A DNA stretch of 39,338 bases from Veleropilina oligotropha (lineage: Eukaryota), in assembly GCA_048128005.1 (NCBI GenBank), contig JBEUKZ010000036.1:496001-535338 (forward strand), in the 5' to 3' direction. Numbering within the stretch: the stretch's first letter is position 1; each line of letters starts with the position of its first letter. The translations under genes and the position numbers were made by a program. Positions 35,201-39,338 of the stretch are shown piece after piece. The notes beneath the pieces were generated by a model. It saw nothing but the letters and a program-made list of their open reading frames with translations, did not search any database and had not been told where the DNA came from.

Positions 35201-37030
35201 AGGCGTGTAAACGTAAGTCGTTCGGCGATGTTGTAATACACGGATGCGTGCCTGCAGTAACCGGTCCGGTCTCTGCGGGAGCGATAACGGTCGGTCGACG
35301 ATCAGATCGAGGAGGGTCGGAAACCAAGGTTGCGTGCGATATAGGGGCGCGATTAGCGTTATCTTGCAACGTTCGTTCGATGCCTTCTGTAATACCAGTG
35401 TTAGAATGCACGACGGGGGGAAGGCATACGCGGACAGATTCTCCCATGTCATTGACAGTGCGGCGACCGCTAGGGCGGCCGGGTCCGGGTACGGGGAGAC
35501 ATACAGAGGTAGTCGGTAATTAAATTCTGTTGCAAACAGATCGACTTGGGGTTGTGACCACCGGCGACCAACGTCCCGAGCTACTCGGCTGTGTAGCGTC
35601 CACTCTGTGTGTATTATCTGTGATTTCCAAGAGAGCGAGTCCGCTCTGACATTCAGCTTTCCCGGGATGTGTCGGGCTCGAATCGTCGAGATGAGGGACA
35701 TCACTAGGCGGTGTAGGTCTATTGCTCGGTCGCAAAGGGGACGCGAGCGAGTGTCGCCCTGGTGCTGGATGTAAGCGACGACAGTCTGTTGTCCGTGGCG
35801 AGCATTATGTGCTTGTAGCGGAGATGTGACGAGAGGGACCGTACTGACAGGTAGACGACGGCTTCTAACTCTAGGAAGTTGATGTGTCGTCCCTGAAGGT
35901 CCGTCGGCCATAGGCCTGATGTCTCGTAACTGTCGAGGTGACCACCCCAGCCGTCGTTCAAAGCGTCTGTGAACAGGTAAGCGTTCGGCTCTGGCGGGGA
36001 TATAGGAACCGACTGGTCTGGCAAAGCAGGGTTCAACCACACTGCTGTTGTGCTGGTAAACCAATGCCGAAGATCGATGCGATCCGTCCACTGCCCCGTC
36101 CGTTGTATCCAGCGATCCCTGAACGCCTGTTGTAACGGTCGTTTGTCCATGCGACTCGTCGGTAGCAGGGTCGCTACCGACTCGAAGTGCCCCAGGACAG
36201 TGGCCAGTTGTCGCGCTGTAGTTATGTCCGATGACAGGGTGTCTTGGATAACCGCGCGTAGGTTCCGCATACGTTTCTGGGTCGGTTTCGCGGTGTACCG
36301 GACCGTATCGAAGTCGACTCCGAGGAACGTAAACGTCGTCGAGGGCACGAAGCCGGATTTTGTCTCGTTGATCTGAAATCCGAGGCGCTTCGTCGATGAC
36401 AGGGTAAAGCTCGTAGACCGGAGGCACAGATCTCGGGACGCCCCGAGGATCAGCCAGTCGTCGAGGTAGATATGTACCCTGAGCCCTAGAGAGTGTAGGA
36501 AGGCTCCGAGGGCCTGTACTGTTCTCGTGAAGACATACGGGGCTGACGATAGACCGAACGGTAGGCACCTGAATGGTAGATCGTCTCCCCGTGTATAAAC
36601 CGAAGGTACCGATGAGCCGTGATATGCATCGGGACATGCAGATACGCGTCGGTCAGATCGATAGACGCTGCCCAGTCGCCCGGACGGATGGCCGCTCGTA
36701 TCTTCGAGAGGGTTTCCTGCTGGAATTTCTCGGTACGAAGATATTAGTTGAGATACGAGAGATCGAAGATCGGTCGCTAGCGGCCCTCGGGTTTCGGGAC
36801 CGGAAGAAATGGCTGTATTATCCTGGTGTGCTGGGCGGCGCGGGATATATTGCTCCTTGAGGAGTAGGTCCCGCACTGCCTGGTCTAAGACCGCTTGCTT
36901 CTCTCCATATAGGAGGCGAGCGTGTCTTGGTGGTGGTGCCTCGTTTAGGGTCGGATGCCGGTTGAACCAACGTGTATCCGGCACTCACGACGGAGGGACC
37001 CAGCTACTGTCTGGTAGTCTAGCCACGGCT
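35174..37030 (-). pseudogene. pol: DIRS pol RT/RH/MT (outer copy)
   Basis: Same motifs as the inner copy (YLDDWLI, HINFLELEAV, VDLFA, YAFPP); frameshifted. Confidence 0.92.
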
Positions 37031-37049
37031 GGCTGTACGCTAACAGATA

Positions 37050-39338
37050 CGCTTCCACCGGCGGAAGCGGGCAGCTGGGACTGTCATGTGTGCCGGCAGC
37101 CCTAGGGCCGAGGCGTCCCTCTCCCGCTCTGACGGGAGCTTGTTGGAGGTGCTTGCCTCTTCGGAGTGGGTTAATGGCCGGGGGCCTACCACCAGAAAAG
37201 GGCCATGCACGCTTGGAAGGCTTCGGGGTCCGGGTGGGCCCTGAATGCTTCCTCAAGTCGGCGGGTGGACCCCCGGGGGGTGCAGCACCGCCTACTCGAT
37301 GGTACGGTCCGTCAGGTCCGCCGCTCTCTGTCGACGAATTCCGAGAAATCGTCGCCAAATAGAGCGGTGGCCGAGCAAGGCACGCATCGCAATGAGCGCC
37401 GGGTGGCCTCATCTAGCGAGGTGTCTTTCAGGTAAGCGTCCCTACGAAGTAGGCGTTACCCAGGACACGTCCCGTCTCCAACACGTTGGTCTCCATAACG
37501 GCAGCAACCTCCTGGAGGAAGGACAGGGCAGCCCACGGGCGCCGGGTCCATCCTCCTGTAATACGGCTATCGCCCCATCTAGGAAAAATCCTGAACGGAC
37601 GACAGCCGCAGAGCCCATCGGGCGGAGCTCTCGAAAGCTTCCAAGGCGAACCCAGGAACTCTCGCTACAGAGGGAGTGTGACTGGCGGTCAGTCAACGCA
37701 ACGCTGCGTCAACACGAGCCGGCTCAGTCGCCAGGCACGGACCAGTACATGCGAACGGGATCGAACGCGAACTGGCCCGGAGGTACCTCCCACTACGGAG
37801 CCCCGAAGGGTACTCGGTCAGTGGGGAGGACTCCACCGGATTGCGCCCCCGACTGAGCTTGGTTGTCGAGTCAACACCCGATCAACCAGCCCAGACTGAG
37901 GTAAGGAAAGAAGCAAGGGGGCTTCCTTCTCAACAAACCGATGCGCCGCCGTCCTGTGCTTGACCGGGCCTACATACGACCGAGTCGGTTCCGGCAGGTC
38001 AAGCACCCCGCGAAGTGACGCAACAGCGTCGAGTTCGGCGGGTGGTGGAGGTCGGCTCCTGCGTGCCTGGAAGACTACCAGCGTCTTCGGGCCCGACCGA
38101 TACAGGGAGGTCGGAGTGAGTGGAGTCGAGGTCCTCGTCGGAACGAGGTTCGATCCCCACCACGGAGGCAGGAGCCGTGCTCTGCGCCACAGGCAGAGGT
38201 GTAGGTACCTGGAGCGGCTAGGAAGCCGGTTGCCAGGCCCGACATCGGGACTCGAACTCCGCCGCGAACATAGCCTGGACGTTCTCCAAAGAGAAACCCG
38301 GAGGCATGACGGGCGTCGAACTAACAGCCGGTAGTTCGTTCGAAGTCACCGTGGCGCTAGGTAGACGGGCTGCATGGACAGGTGTAGCCGAGAACCCTTT
38401 TTTAGGGTCTCGGGACACGTGTCGAGTGGTCGAACCCGAAAGAACGGCCCGGAGGCGCGTTCGGTGGGCCGGACGACCGGTAGGACTGCGGCAACAGTCC
38501 GTATCGGTCTACCACTCTGTTCGCGAGAGGCACGGTCGGAAAACCGCCGTAGAACCTTCACCGAATGCAGCCGGTCTGTCCACGTTCTCTAGCGTGAACA
38601 TCGTGGGTGCACGGGAGAGAACGGGCCCTCTGAAAAGCTCGTGAGCATCGAGGTTGAGCGGAAAACCCTTAGGGGTAGTCGCGTCGGTCTCGAACGAGGA
38701 TTCAGGTGTCGCCAATTGTCTGGATCTTAGACCTTCGAAAAGGTGCCCGGCCTCTTTAAAGGCTTTCTCATTGGGTCGCTCCCTATCGTTAAATAGGGAG
38801 TTTCCCGCAGAAGGACTAACTGTCCCCTTATTCTTCGAGGCCGAAGAAAAGGATGGGGATTGTCTGCCCTGTTCAGCTGTTCGCTGCGTTGCCAGATATA
38901 CCTTGTTAGCCGGCAAGGTATGGTTGGCTGCAGTTACTAGGCCCGTTTTAGGAGGATCGAACAACACTCGGGCTCCTACCTGAATCTGGGGTCCCGGCAA
39001 AGTTACGGCGACTCCCCCATGAGTCGCGGCGGTTACGCCGGTAGATCCGGCGACAGACGGTATTCCTAGCCGAGAACCCTTTTTTAGGGTCTCGGGACAT
39101 TTTATGGTCGACTGTCGTCCAGCGTCCCTGAAGTAGACAAAAAAACGTTAATCCCTTTAACCTACCATTTTGTCCACTCTCGGGGGAGAACCCACCGTGG
39201 TAACCGCACTGGTCGCCTTCATCGGTGGATATACGATCGCCCACTGCCTGCTGTTAAATCTAGGCACAGTTCACATTTATAAGACTTACTGTCAGTTACG
39301 GTGAACACGGCATTCCGTGCGCCTAGAAATCCGTGAAA
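37050..39338 (-). pseudogene. gag: DIRS gag-like ORF1 (outer copy), runs off the window
   Basis: Collinear with 31300-33570; frameshifted and increasingly diverged toward the window end. Confidence 0.75.

Larger units (their letters stand above)
25791..39338 (-). mobile_element. Outer DIRS1-type YR retrotransposon (3' part 25791-27262; 5' part 34574 to beyond the window), split by the inner copy
   Basis: Right ITR 25791-26027, ICR ~26088-26177, and gag/RT/RH/MT/YR remnants at 34574-39338. Joining the flanks at 27262 and 34572-34574 restores the sequence seen uninterrupted at 28777-28800. Confidence 0.85.

Noticed and set aside
29597..38983. Many plus-strand ORFs over the DIRS region
   Set aside because: Antisense shadows of GC-rich gag/pol sequence, with no motifs.

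Overview
Eukaryotic (metazoan invertebrate-like) AT-rich DNA made up almost entirely of nested transposable elements. I found no prokaryotic genes, CRISPR arrays or rRNA. In order: (1) 1-3443 is the 3' part of an AcademX-type DNA transposon with an uninterrupted >989-aa ORF (transposase, XPG/PIN-like nuclease, Cys-rich tail). (2) 3.8-7 kb holds small foldback/Crypton-like elements. (3) 7.5-24.4 kb is a head-to-tail series of non-autonomous Helentron-like units carrying AGGTCA clusters, different minisatellites and a tRNA-like module. Nested in these are a Kolobok-like MITE, a Helitron, a P/Galileo-like foldback element with a 7-bp TSD and an internally deleted Harbinger. (4) 25.8-39.3 kb holds two DIRS1-type tyrosine-recombinase (YR) retrotransposons on the minus strand. 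One complete copy (27263-34573) sits without TSD inside the YR gene of a sister copy, next to a sequence that mimics the element's own left end. Both copies share inactivating lesions. One candidate host exon (17728-17847) has a RHIM-like motif. All family assignments come from motif and structure recognition by eye, not database searches.
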